Translations under genes and position numbers: made by a program
In this document: positions 1 to 12,502 of the stretch, piece by piece
Position numbering within the stretch: the first letter of the stretch is position 1
Layout of the letters: the number at the start of each line of letters is the position of its first letter
The notes under the pieces: generated by a model
Told to the model about the DNA's origin: nothing
The model's database searches: none
What the model saw: the letters and a program-made list of their open reading frames with translations, nothing else
From: Octopus vulgaris
Taxonomy: Eukaryota
Assembly: GCA_951406725.2 (NCBI GenBank)
Contig: OX597815.1
Span: 113,646,001 to 113,710,000 of the forward strand
Direction of reading: 5' to 3'
Length of the DNA: 64,000 nt

Positions 1-260
1 TCCATTTTTCCAAGCTGGCATTGGTTAGACAGTTTGATTAGAGCTGGTAAGCCGGAGAGCTGCACCAGGCTCCTGTTGTCTGTTTTGGCTTGGTTTCTAT
101 GGTTTGATGCCCTTCTTGATGCCAACCATTATAGAGGTTGTACCTAGTATCTTTTACATACCACTGGCATGGGCCACAAACTTCATTCACTAAGCTTGAC
201 ATATCTTCTCAAGCATAGCAAATTGCCAGAAGTCTTGGTCACTTGTCATCAACTTCTTGA
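1..260 (-). mobile_element. RTE LINE 3'-UTR-derived fragment (diverged)
   Basis: Reverse complement resembles the 3' end of the RTE copy at 35770-35918 (GGTTGGC..AGGAAGGGCATC..TAGAAAC..CTGGTGCAGC..TCCAACCCATGC motifs). Confidence 0.7.
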
Positions 261-304
261 GGTTCAACAATGACAGATAAATATATATATATATATATAT
301 ATAG

Positions 305-481
305 TACAAAGTAAGATAGGGGTTATGGGTGTAACCCACTATGGGATAGTATTTATCCAATATACTGTTGGTACAGTACCCAGATTCTTAATACATAAAT
401 GTTTTCAATTGCAATGCAATTAACTCATTTATTGTATTAAACTGGTGAAGGTAAAGAAGTATTTTTACTGTAAATTTATAA
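305..481. repeat. Unclassified dispersed repeat abutting (TA)n; inverted copy at 30240-30410
   Basis: Shares ATCCAATATACTG.TGGTA, AATTGCA.TGCAATTA and GGTGAAGGTAAAGA with the reverse complement of 30240-30410. Confidence 0.7.
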
Positions 482-780
482 TACAAATAAGAAAATGGAG
501 AAACAAATTTAGTTTGTTCATCAACTTTTGGATATTATAATGTTGGATTATTTATTCATTTAACAAAATGAGAACCTCAATAACATATATATATCTTATA
601 ATTCAATACATATAAGATATAAGATAAGAATGCAAATTAAAAAAGTCATAATAAAGATATATATGTATGCTATTTTGTTAAGTGAATAAATAATCCAACA
701 TTATTAAATCCAAGAGTTGATGAACAAAGTAAATTTGTTTCTCCATTTTCTTATTTGTATTATAAGTCAAAAAAAAAAAG

Positions 781-1334
781 TCAAAAAAGTCGAAGCACCT
801 CAAAGGGCAATCACAAAAAAGATAGATGGCATGACAGGCCTCGACTATTGGGGTCGACTAGAAAAGCTAAAACTCTATTCTCTCCAACGTCGTCGTGAGC
901 GCTACATCATCTGCATGATGTGGAAAATATTCCATCAGCATTGCCCAAATGATGTTGGCATCACCTTTAAGGTACATCCAAGGCTTGGGCCCCGTGCCAT
1001 CCGCCCAAAACAAAAATCGCACTCTCATCTCATAACAACAATACGGCACAATTATTTCACCTCAATTGGCCCCGCTCTCTTTAACATTACACCAAAACAC
1101 ATTAAAACAGAAACTGACCCTATAGGGTTCAAGAAGTCTTTGGACAGATTCCTTCAAGAAATCCCGGATAAACCCCCTACACCCGGATATGTCTCTGTAA
1201 ACAATAACTCTCTACTTGAGTGGGCCATAGTGCCCAAATTCTGACTTGAAAGACTTCACCAGGTGGTGCTATTAAGTTAGACATGGCCTGGGCCAATAAT
1301 GGCCGAAACCTATCAAAGTATCAAAGTATAAAGT
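781..1334 (+). mobile_element. 5'-truncated CR1-group LINE: C-terminus of ORF2 plus 3' tail
   Basis: ORF 717-1244 contains VEAPQRAITKKI..LDYWGRLEKLKLYSLQRRRERY..GPALFN..FKKSLDRFL, the post-RT region of CR1-group LINEs. It ends in a (TATCAAAG)n tail at about 1311-1334. The ORF N-terminus (717-780) is flanking DNA. Confidence 0.85.
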
Positions 1335-1450
1335 ACATACATGCATACATGCACATACATATATGTATACATATATATATATGTATATACATATGTGTGT
1401 GTGTGCATGCACACATGCACGCGTGTGCGTGCACACACACACACACACAC
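1335..1450. repeat. Compound (TA)/(TG)/(CA) microsatellite
   Basis: Visible alternating purine-pyrimidine tract. Confidence 0.9.
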
Positions 1451-2019
1451 AGATAAGACAAGCTTCTGCACAGTTTTTACTGGCCAAATTTCACTCACAA
1501 GTTATTGGTCAACTTACGGTTTTGATAGAAAACGTTTGCTTAAGGTTTCTGCAAAGTAGTGACATCAAACTTGGAAATGCAGCTGCAAAGCAAACTTCTT
1601 ACCAAATATTTCACGCCTGCACTATCTATAATAATTTTAACTGCATATTTACTTTTTCTATTAACCCATACACCCACCACAACTGGTAGAACCTAACATG
1701 ACTACAAGTACTCACTCATTTTTTTCTTCAGATTTTGAAATAAGAAAGCTTAAAGTGAATGTTTGCTGTTTGAAAAATTTTTTTAACCCTATCATGAAAG
1801 AAGTAGAGAAAGCCTTAAATGGTAACTTAATATGGCTATACCTAGTGATGGTGAGTTAGTAATTTGTTTGTAGTGTGTTGCTAATGTTTATTTGTTGTTT
1901 TTGAAGTACATGCCTGAGTAAAGTGCGAGATAGTCAAGATAGACTGGTGGCAATTGTGAAGTAAGATGAAAATAAGACATAAACTGTGAAGTTTGCAAGT
2001 TTAGGAAGATAACATCAAC

Positions 2020-2108
2020 AGAGAGGGAGAGAGAGAGAGAGAGAGAGGAGAGAGAGGGAGAGAGGGAGAGAGAGAGAGAATGTGTGTGCATGTGTGTTTG
2101 TGTGCATA

Positions 2109-2143
<35 letters not shown>

Positions 2144-2480
2144 ATATGCATGCGTGTGTATGTATAGAGAAGTGCAGTGCAAAGTGGTGAATCAAGTAAA
2201 CTGAAGTGATGTATGTGAATCTGTGTTTGTATTTGTGTGTATGTGTGTGTGTGTGTGTGAGACATATATATGGTTAGTGAGTGAAACAGAAAATGTTAGA
2301 GAGAGAAGGTGAGTGAGAAACAGTGAAAATGAGAGAGGTTGTGCACATAATGTATGAGAATGAGAGAGGGGAAAGAAAGCATGTGCATGTATGTCTGTTT
2401 ATCACTCTGTTTATGTTTGTGTCTGTGTGTGAGTGAGAGAGAGAAAGAAAGAGAGAGAGAGTGAGCCAGAGAGAAAGACA
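2020..2480. repeat. (GA)n and (TG)n microsatellite cluster
   Basis: Direct inspection. Confidence 0.9.
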
Positions 2481-2846
2481 AAGTAGAAATAATGAGAGCA
2501 GAGGGGTGAGGGTTAATTAAGGAACAAGAGATGACTGACTGTAAAGGAGGGGAGAGGGCTGGGGGGAAAGTGTAGAGCTTTAATACATGAAAAATAAAAC
2601 AAAAAAAAAAAGAGGGAATAAGGGAGAATGAATTTTTGCTAGGGTGAAGATAGCAGTAGTATGGCGGTGATGGTGGTGGCTTGTACCAAAGAAGTAACAA
2701 TGAAATCACCTTAACCCTCCTGCCCCACCAAAAAGGTGCATGTTGAAGGGGTGGTATCAGGTGAGACATTAACTAGAGTTATAGAAAATAACTATGAGAC
2801 AGTAGTTAATTGGAATGGAAGGGTAAGTAGGATGGGTAGCATGAGC

Positions 2847-3096
2847 AGTGGTGGTGGTGGTGGCTGTGGTGATGATGATAGTGATGTCAATGCTGACAAT
2901 GATGATGATGATGGTGCTGGTGCTGGTGATGATGATAGTGGTGGCAACTCTGGTAATGATGGTGGTGGTGGTGGTGGTGGTCGATAGCAACAGTAATGAC
3001 GATAATGAAGTTGATGATGATATTAATGATAATGATGACAATATTATTGCTGTTGATGATAATCATGATAATGATGATGATGGTGACGATGATGAA
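2847..3096. repeat. (GGT)n/(GAT)n trinucleotide low-complexity tract
   Basis: Direct inspection; it explains the poly-G/D/V/M/T/I ORFs. Confidence 0.9.
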
Positions 3097-3464
3097 GTTA
3101 AAAAAAGTGGGGTGGGCGTATTGAAAAAATAAATTAAAATTTTTGATGTAAAAGAAAGGAAATTTGTTGTCAATGCCAATTATGTTATTTTAATTTTCTT
3201 TTCTTCTTTTATTAAAAACTCCACAATGTGAATGATGTCTGGTGTATCAATGTATTAGTATGTGTACATGGGAGAGAAAGTGCGAGGGAGTGTGTATTTG
3301 TGTGTGTGAGTGAGTGGGTGTGTTGCATGAGAGTGACTGTGTGTGTGTGAGTGTATTGTGGAGAGAGAGTGTATGTATGTGTATGAGGGTAAGAGTAAGT
3401 ATGTATGTGTGAGTCAGAGAGAAAGAGAGAGAGAGAAAAGGAGAGATAGTGGGGAGACAGACCA

Positions 3465-3472
3465 ACAGATAA

Positions 3473-3503
<31 letters not shown>

Positions 3504-3554
3504 TATAGATAGACAGATAAATTGATAGACAGACAGACAGACAGACAGAAAGAC

Positions 3555-3610
<56 letters not shown>

Positions 3611-3831
3611 TAGATAGAAAGCGATAGATAGTTATATTATATATATAAAGAGAGAGAAAGAGGAAGAGTGAGAGACATAGAGAGACAGCTAGATAGAAAT
3701 AGATATATAGATAGATAAATTGTCAGATAGATAGATAGAAAGATAGATAGATAGTTATATTATATATATAAAGAGAGAGAGAGAGAGAGAGAGAGGAAGA
3801 GTGAAAGACAAAGAGAGACAGCTAGATAGAA

Positions 3832-3876
<45 letters not shown>

Positions 3877-3895
3877 GAGATAGATAGATAGATAG
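3465..3895. repeat. (GATA)n/(GACA)n satellite with internal duplication of a GATAGTTATATTATATATATAAAGAGAGAGA..GACAGCTAGATAGAAATAGATA block
   Basis: The block occurs at about 3627-3705 and again at about 3750-3838. Confidence 0.9.
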
Positions 3896-4192
3896 GAACA
3901 AAGAGAGTATGCATGCAGAAAAGTAGAGAATGTTTGATAGATGGGAACACCTACAACAGAGTAATATATTGAAATATTCAAGACAGTAGAAGTTATACAT
4001 ACATATGCAAACACACACACACACAAAGAAAGAGAGGGAGGAGAGAAGTAATAAACAATTAGAAAGAGAGAGATAGCAGCAGAAGAGACAAATATAGACA
4101 AATGAGGTAAAGATAAACATCAAAAGAGAGACAGAAACTTCAAACTCTAAAGCCTCATAAGTGACTTGAGGGCCTGTAGTTTCGTGGGTTTC

Positions 4193-4209
4193 CACACACA
4201 CACACACAC

Positions 4210-4251
<42 letters not shown>

Positions 4252-4336
4252 GTATATGTATGTGTGTGTGTGTGTGTGTGTGTATGTGTGTGTGAGTGTG
4301 TGTGTATATGTATATATACACATATGTACATATGCG
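4193..4336. repeat. (CA)n-(TG)n-(TA)n alternating purine/pyrimidine tract
   Basis: About 140 nt of near-uninterrupted RY alternation. Confidence 0.9.
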
Positions 4337-4385
4337 CCTGCGTACTTTGACCGGAACCGAAAGCTCCGGCAATGGCGTCCGAGCT
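4333..4385 (+). promoter_or_regulatory. Putative housekeeping-type core promoter / TSS region
   Basis: Seven CpGs in about 50 nt: GCGCCTGCGT (NRF1-like), CCGGAA (ETS core) and CAATGGCGTC (YY1-like). It marks the start of a CpG-retaining block extending to about 8050. Confidence 0.5.
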
Positions 4386-5974
4386 ACATTGTTGTCAGTC
4401 TAGGAATGACTTGTAACAGTAATGAAGCCATGGAATATTTCACTCTACTCACTATTTTCAACTGTACACGGGATTAAAAAAAAAAGTGAAAGATAATTAT
4501 ACACCTCAGAAAACGTAAATTTTATTTTTTATTTATTTTCTTTCATTCTTATATATATTTTTTTTGTTATTTTGAAATATTTTCCTACAGAAAATATATA
4601 TGTATAGAGAAAGAAGAAAATATTTAATGAACAATTAAGGATTGTTTAAGAAATTATTGTTCTCATGTAAATTTTTATTTTATTATCATTGATCGTTTTT
4701 TTTTTTTAACAAAAGCGAAATAATATCAATTTTGTTTTTATGACTATTTCTAGATTAATTGCATGTGTTTACATTTTTACTCTACTTCTAAAACATCTAA
4801 AATGTTTATTCTTTTAACACACCTTCCTTTCTCCTCTTCTCTCCGTTTTGTGTTTCACTTTCGTTACAGAATTGCACTTAATTTCTCCTACTTTTTGGAC
4901 TTGTATTTCTGTATTTGATTTAATTTCCAAAAATATTTTTCGGTTTTAATTACTAAACCATAATGCAACCAATATGCCGTTTTAAGTACAAGTTTTATTG
5001 AACGTTAAACATTTAATATTTCTGATAATTTTTTTTTCAACAAATTTTATTGTAAAAAAAAAAAATACTCGCAGAAAAAAACATAATCAACAATGCAAAA
5101 TATTTTCACTCATTCGAGTGCGTCAAGTCTACTTTAAAAAATTTTTTGTCAAAATCTAAAATTTGTATCATAATTGTTAAATAGATATCCATCAAGAAAA
5201 GCTCATTTTCATATGTAAAACACAAGTGCATAAGATATCTTGTACTTTGTTTTCGTTTTAGGTTTTGCGACTAAATCTGCCATTTTCTCATTCTTCAATG
5301 CATTCCTTGTTTGTTTTCATTGTTTCCCTCTCTCCACTTTCGACTACTTTTTCTATCTCTGTCTCTCCTTTCTCTATCAACATTGTCTGATCGATCAAGG
5401 CTGACCTGAGATTACACAACATGACATGTACAATTTCTAGATGCACACACACACACACGGCTTCCTCTACAAAAAAGCTCCAGTTGCCCTTTGACATCTC
5501 ATCCCCTTGACATGTAAAGGCGGTTGCTTGTAAGCAAACCAATGTTACATTTGTTTATACGTTTTTATATATTCTTTGTTGGTATCACAACCTCCGCTGT
5601 AACGTGTATATACAATTATTTGATATCAGTAATTTCTTCTTACTCTCTTTTGTGTTCAAATTCCACTAGAATCGATGTTATTTCAAAGGGTGAAAGCAGT
5701 AATGAAGTCGATTGAGTCAACTTTGTCCACCACTACCCTATAAAGTTGTAGTTTTGTGTCAATACATCAAACATTGTATTATATGGAAGATTTTTTTTCT
5801 TCCTTATTTCGTTCCTCACTGAACATCCCTGGACGATTCCAGTTGCATATTGATATTTCTGGGAAGAGGTTGCTGTTTCTGGAGAGAAGGATGTATGAGA
5901 GGTACCCCACGATCCTTTCTTACGGCGCAACGTAGCCAATTCAGAGAGAAAGCTAAAAAAAAGAATCAACCCTC

Positions 5975-6125
5975 GTACTTGATTGGGGTTTTATTTATCA
6001 ACCCCAAAAGAATGGAAGACAAATTTGACTTCTAGGGGATTTGAATTCACAGCTCGGAGACCGGTAACAAATACCGCAAGACATTTTATTCGATACTCTA
6101 ATAATATTTGCCAATTCGCCACCCT
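5975..6125 (-). mobile_element. SINE family B copy
   Basis: Reverse complement of the GGCGAG/ATTGGCAGAAT..TGAGTTCAAAT..TTTCATCCTTTCGGGGTTGATAAA consensus seen at 18328-19650 and 61927-62150. Confidence 0.7.
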
Positions 6126-7536
6126 AGATATATGTCTAAAACATTGTTACAAGGCCACAAATTTGCAAGAAAGGTGATAATTGACTGAATTTCATGCCCT
6201 CAGACAAATATATTAGTGTTACTTATTGATCGACCTCAGAAAGCTGAAAGCAATGTCAATTTTAGCATGCATGGCTCGAATATGAAACGTAAACAGACGT
6301 TATGGCCTTGCACTTTACTGTATCAACTACTATTAGAATTTTGGGCTCATAATCTAGTATTGTTTGATCTCAATATAAACAGATTTTGACACAGTCTTAA
6401 CAGTAGTGGCAGCCGGTTAATATCTAGTGGCAACCGTTTTCCTAAATACGTGAATTTTTTGAAAAAAACCCCAAACAAACTGGAAGTCAAATCTCAGTAA
6501 CCAAAATATCTTTTTGAATAAACATAAAGCCTTAGGTATTTAGAGGAAGAGGTTTGAACAATTGTCAAACGATCATCCCTTTATGGGACGGGCACTTTTG
6601 AAAGTACGTCAAGTGGAATGGTAGGAAATGATTCGAAACCGGGTCGCATACTCGGCGCACAGGGTTGACTCACTGCTAATTTACCTTTTCACCCTACAGC
6701 ACTTGCCTTATTTCTGTGTTAGCAATATTGACAGAAACTGAGTCAATAATATAGCTAGGAGTGGTACTATGTATTTCACCAACCAAACATTCTTTAGAGA
6801 AACCTTATCTTCTCGAATGTTACACGTCAGTTTTTCTATTAATCAATTGAAATGTGGACATATTTATAAACAACTTTATCTACACACATTTTCAATCTTA
6901 AACTGATCAGCTTAGGACAGAAGCGTTATTTCTCATTGCACATTGCTTTAGATAAAAGAAAAACTTCTCGCAAGGACTGACGTTTGCTGATAAGTACAAC
7001 ACAGTTGTTACCTGCAGGTTTTAAAAGAGCCATGCTGTTATTCTCATTATGATATTACCTATCTGAACGTAAGATGATCTTCAGGATTCATGTGGAGGGT
7101 GAAAATGGAAGGTAACCCCCAAATTAGCTATAAATAAATGTAAGGCTCTGTTTGAATTCTTCAAATATTTCGGAGTAGGAGATGTTAAAAAATACTATAC
7201 CCCACGATTAATGCTAATACCAAGAATTAAATTCGCAATTTCAAAAAAAAAAATCGTATCTTAACAAATTTTACAATCCTGAAACAAACAATTGAAGAAA
7301 CATAAGCCTTATCCAGCGCACACTGATTCGAATTAAGTGGTTTATTTAGTTTTAGATTGACTAATTTTCTCCTTCCTGTCGTTAAGTACTTTCATAAAAA
7401 AAAAATTGTTTATTTCTTCTGCGTTTTGTGTTGTATATTTTCTTCAAATGGCTTGTTAGAATAAAATCATTTTACAACATTTAAATATCTCCTCACATTT
7501 GTCTTTACGCATAATGAAATACAATTTGTATTTTAG

Positions 7537-7706
7537 GGACAAGCGACACATCAATCAAATCTGAAATTATTTCTGAGTTCTTTGTATGCGTGCGCGCGCG
7601 TGTGTGTCTGTGTGTTTGTAAATATTTACTAATGATGGATTGTAAACGAGGAGTGGAAATGAAACAAAATTCCTCTGTGATTTATTCAGCTGACTCTATT
7701 GCTAAG
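7537..7706 (+). other. Candidate exon (5'UTR plus possible start MMDCKRGVEMKQNSSVIYSADSIAK, ATG at 7632, phase-0 donor)
   Basis: Acceptor TTGTATTTTAG| at 7536, non-repetitive sequence, and donor AAG|GTTAAT at 7707. It lies inside the CpG-retaining block. No recognisable homology. Confidence 0.3.
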
Positions 7707-10687
7707 GTTAATTTTTTCGTGTTCATTATTTCATTATAACAAATTATTTACACCACCACGTAGAGTTTTAGTGTTGATTTGTTATTCTAGAATATTTATG
7801 TAAGCGAAACACATTATTTATGATAAAGCTCGGCGAAGACGCAAACGTCACTTCTTAAATATTCTTACGCTTTAAATGTTTTTCTGTCAGTAAAACCGAG
7901 TTTTCACCAAAATCTGTAAGCTATCGAAATCTTTTTTTTTTTTATAATTGTCTTTGTCCACTCTGGTTTATTGTCAGAACAGAATTTACGTTTAGCTTTC
8001 CTTTTTCTTTTTCATTTTTATGGCAGTCTTATTGAGATTATGTAGTCCGTGTATGTTTATTTTATTTCACATGAAATTGTTATTTATCTATGTGAATATA
8101 TGTTCCAGAACATGCTTTATGTCATTTTCCCAGATCAAGGGGAAAAATAGCTTGGGGACGGGATGGGGTGGGGTGGGGGTTTTTCTGTGACAAATTTTTA
8201 TCGTTAAAAATGTGAAAGCATTTTATCAAGGAGGTACAACATAAATTAACTGTATGCTTTTTGCAATTTGAATATTCCATTTTGCTCTTAGATATTCTAT
8301 AAATAAACAAGATGAGGGAAATTGCTAATCACAGATAACTAAAAATATAAAACCGAGCTTGTTATGAAAATTCACCTTACAGCTAGAGAGAAACATACAG
8401 CTATACTTTAATGTGGAAAAAAAGTTATTGTTCCTATCTTGAAATTTATGAAGGTTATAATGAGTTGAAATGTGAGTAAAGAATTGTGTGTCTTTGTTGG
8501 ATAAGTGTGAGAATTAAATGACTTTATCTCTCCAGATATAAAAGTTATATCAAAGAAAGAAAGAAAAATATTTGTTGTGTGTGTATGTGTAGATAACCCT
8601 TTATGTATCATGCTTTGTATATACACCATCAATAGGCAAATTTTTGTGTTTATCATCCTAAATAAAATCTCTTATGGACATGCTATATTTAAAACAATAT
8701 ACATGGGAGGGAGCTGAAAGACACCTTGGCTTGCAAGAATGTCATGCATTTCATCCTTCTTAAGCATTGTCAATGACATGTACTCATTGTTAACCACATT
8801 CTTAGATGAGACCTGCCATCTCTGATATAGAAAATTGTGGATTATACATTCACTAGTATTGCAAATAGCTGTTGGGCTGAATAAATAATCTGGTGAATGC
8901 AATTGAAGCAGCACTAAATTACTTCATGTATATACACTGTTGACAGGCAAGCTACTGTGGTGGTCTTCTGAGATAAAATCTCTTATGGATGTGTTGTGTT
9001 CAGAAACAATATATTTCAGAGAGAGAGAGAGAGAGAGAAAAAGACAAAAATAATAATAAATTCATCTCAGCAGCAGCTAGTGAGAATATCAGATGCACAT
9101 GCAGGATTTTCCACCTCAGATGTAAGAAACTGAATAATACATTCACTAATATTGTGAATAGTTGCAGGGCTCAATAAATAACCCAATGAGTGGAGGGTTG
9201 CATATTGAAACATTGTCTTGGTATGATAAATATAATTGAGCAAGGCTGCAATTTAGTTTTAAGAGACCATATGCATATACACACGCACACTTTTTAATTG
9301 TGAAAATAAGCAATGTCTTTGAAATCTTATAGTGAATGATTTATATTGGTTAGGAAATCTGTTTACTGAATGAGTGAAAGGATTTTTTTCTGTGTTTTTG
9401 TTTTCTTTGCATTTCAAATATTCATTAGTATATACAGTCTCTGAGAATAACATTCGAACTTATTTGCTTTTACTTCAGAATTTGATTGTCATATAAATCA
9501 TCCTGTATTAACTTCCTGCATGCTTCCACTCTATAATATTGTTAATGTAATAGAATCTGATTTTGATGGCATACTTTATATTATTGGTTGCTTCTCAAAC
9601 AATGAGTTCTCATTAATGATTATTGAATTTCTAATCTTTAAGATAGTCTCTGAATTAACAACTTGAAAAGCTGCTTTTATTGCATTATGTAACTTTATTT
9701 CATGGATGGCTGAATGATGAGAAATATTTACTGCAAACTTCCAGGGATCCTGTTTGTCTTTTGTTTTGTATTTCTGTATTCTGCTAAATTCTTTAATTTT
9801 TCCTGTACTTTGAAACCAGTACTTCTCCTATGTTTTGAAACCAGAACTTGCTAACAATTATTGATAGCAAATTTTTGTTCCAAAATATTTTAAGATTTGA
9901 TCAGAAAATTTTTTATAACAATTAGTATCATTTCCTCATATGTTTGAAGAAATACAAGATGCTATTAAATAACAACCAGTATAATGTAATAAAAACAGGC
10001 AAATAAAACAAAATGCCTGTTACCAATGACAATATGAGATAGTAAATGGTAATGTAATGAAATATTTCTTTTAATATATTATATAGCCATGAAACCTAAG
10101 CTTCTTTAGAAGAAGGAAACTTATCAGTGCTACTTTAGTGTGTGGTCTGATGCAAATTCCATAGTCTACATTATGAAATGATCTGATCTGGGCTTCTGCT
10201 AAACTGCATGCTAATGTGTAAAAGGTCAGGTAGACCACACACTAAAATGGCACCTAATTATCACTGTTTCTTGCCTTTCATGCTTTTCTTAGTGTAATTT
10301 GTGACATAAATTGAATAGGTTCAAGTTGGGAATTGAAACTGGTTGGTGACTAAATTCACCAAGAATTGACTATCACTTGGTGGCATTCAATGACAAGTTT
10401 TTCTACAGCCCAGTAAGCTTCCACAATACCAGTGGATGGTTTATTCATTGTTACCTATATATCAAGGCATGACTTTCATCTAAGCAAGTGACAGTTGGGT
10501 GCACAGCATTGACAAACTTCAAGAAAGGTGAAACACATCTGTCATTCTCATGAGTCACTGCAGTGATGATGTTTGTTTTGCTCTGATATAGTTCACAAGT
10601 CTATGAAAAGATTTTATATCAGAGAATTCCACAACATTATGCCTTTTAACAATGTGTATACATATAGCATAATACACAGAAGTTTAT

Positions 10688-10851
10688 AGATACAGGAGTA
10701 GCTGCGAGGTAAGTAGCTTGCTTACCAACCACATGGTTCTAGGTTCAATCCCACTGCATGGCACCTTGGGCGAGTGTGTTCTACTATAGCCTTGGGACGA
10801 CCAAAGCCTTGTGAGTGGATTTGGTAGATGGAAACTGAAAGAAACCCGCCG

Positions 10852-10888
<37 letters not shown>

Positions 10889-11102
10889 GTGTGTGTGTGT
10901 GTCTGTTTGTCCCCCCCCACCATCGCTTGACAACCGATGCTGGTGTGTTTATGTCCCTGTAACTTAGCGGTTCAGCTCAAGTGACCGATAGAATAAGTAC
11001 TAGGCTTACAAAGAATAAGTCCTGGGGTCGATGTGTTTGACTAAAGGCGGTGCTCCAGCATGACCGCAGTCAAATGACTGAAACAAAAAAAAGAATAAAA
11101 GA
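10688..11102 (+). mobile_element. tRNA-derived SINE family A (CORE-like), full length
   Basis: Pol III B-box GGTTCAATCCC (10742), CORE-like GGCACCTTGGGCGAGTG, internal (TA)/(TG) microsatellite and an A-rich tail. Multiple copies occur in the window. Confidence 0.9.
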
Positions 11103-11963
11103 TGGAGACAGAATGTATTTTACTCAAGAAGAGACTGATCATGTCATATCTATGCTCTTTGGAGGATATCTTTATGGGTACTGATTTAAACCAAAAACTA
11201 AATTAGGATTTCAGACTTGTTTTTTGCTCAATGATAATTATTCACCTTTTCAAGTAATTATTGATATTTATATTACTGTTCTACAACAAATTAACATTTT
11301 CAGGAGATTATTTCTTTTTAAAGAAAAAAATCATTAAATAAAAGAAAAAAAAGTATTAAACTATTTTAAGATGTGAAGTGTTTCACCATTATCAATGGAA
11401 AAATCGAGTAAGATGTCATTCATTTACAGTACACTAGACATGAGTGCTTTGTTGCTACAAGTTCTGTTTTGCTCTTCCTTACCTTTTGATCCTACGGTGA
11501 ATAGTAACCTTTCAACACACAACTTGACATACTTTACTTTATTTCTTTTTCTATTTCTTTTTCTATTTCTTTTTTCAACAACTTCAGTACCTCTTTTCAT
11601 AGACACTTTACAAGTCACAAAATTACTCTCAATTGGTTGCTAACACTGAATCTGACTTTTCTAATTTAGTAGTTTTCAGCTTTATTGATTTAGCAGAATG
11701 ACACCCCTTATTTCATGTTACTATTTCCCTGAACTTTGTAACAGTAGGTTATTCTTTTCTTTATGTATGTATATATACTGTTATTAATTTATTTTTCTGT
11801 AGTATAAATACTTCAATTTGTCGTTTCAATGAGTACCACTTTAAATTGTAGCCACTAAACTAGAAAACCAGTTTTCAGTCTAAATTCACTGAGTGGGTGG
11901 GGGTGTCATGTTTGGATAGTTTCAACATTGTATTTTTCTGTCGTCTGTCTTTATTTATCTCAT

Positions 11964-12335
11964 AGGCGTAGGAGTGGCTGTGTGCTAAGTAGCTTGCTAA
12001 CAAACCACATGGTTGCTGGTTCAGTCCCACTGCGTGGCACCTTGGGCAAGTGTCTTTTACTATAGCCTCGGGCCAACCAAAGCCTTGAGTGGATTTGGTA
12101 GACGGAAACTGAAAGAAGCCCGTCGTATATATGTGTATTTATATATATATACACATTTGTTTGTCTGTGTTTGTCCCCCAACATCACTTGACAACCGATG
12201 CTGGTGTGTTTACGTCCCCGTAACTTAGCGGTTCTGCAAAAGAGACTGATAGAATAAGTCCTGGGGTCGATTTGTTCAACTAAAGGCGGTGCTCCAGCAT
12301 GGCCACAATCAAATGACCGAAACAAGTAAAAGAAT
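11964..12335 (+). mobile_element. tRNA-derived SINE family A, full length
   Basis: AGGCGTAGGAGTGGCTGTGTG..GGTTCAGTCCCACTGCGTGGCACCTTGGGCAAGTG; collinear with 10688-11102. Confidence 0.9.
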
Positions 12336-12502
12336 ATCCCCATTTTTAGTATTTCTGGTTTTGTATTTTCCTGACTGCCTACAGATAAATTCAGCTTATT
12401 TCTTTTTTGCTTAAAGTTACCTAAAACATAGATAGGTAAGCTGCTATAGCTAGCATATTGACATGTAGAAACTCCTTTGTTAGCTTGTCTAAGACCATAT
12501 AT

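Noticed and set aside
1272-4477. Numerous ORFs rich in HT/YI/CV/SL/G/D repeats
   Set aside because: They are translations of (CA)n, (TA)n, (GA)n, (GATA)n and (GGT/GAT)n microsatellites, with no domain signal.
6396-6668. Possible TTAA-type DNA element ending GGCGCACAGGGTTGA
   Set aside because: No matching left TIR or TSD could be identified.
10688-10765. tRNA-like A/B boxes
   Set aside because: These are SINE heads continuing into a SINE body; there is no complete cloverleaf.
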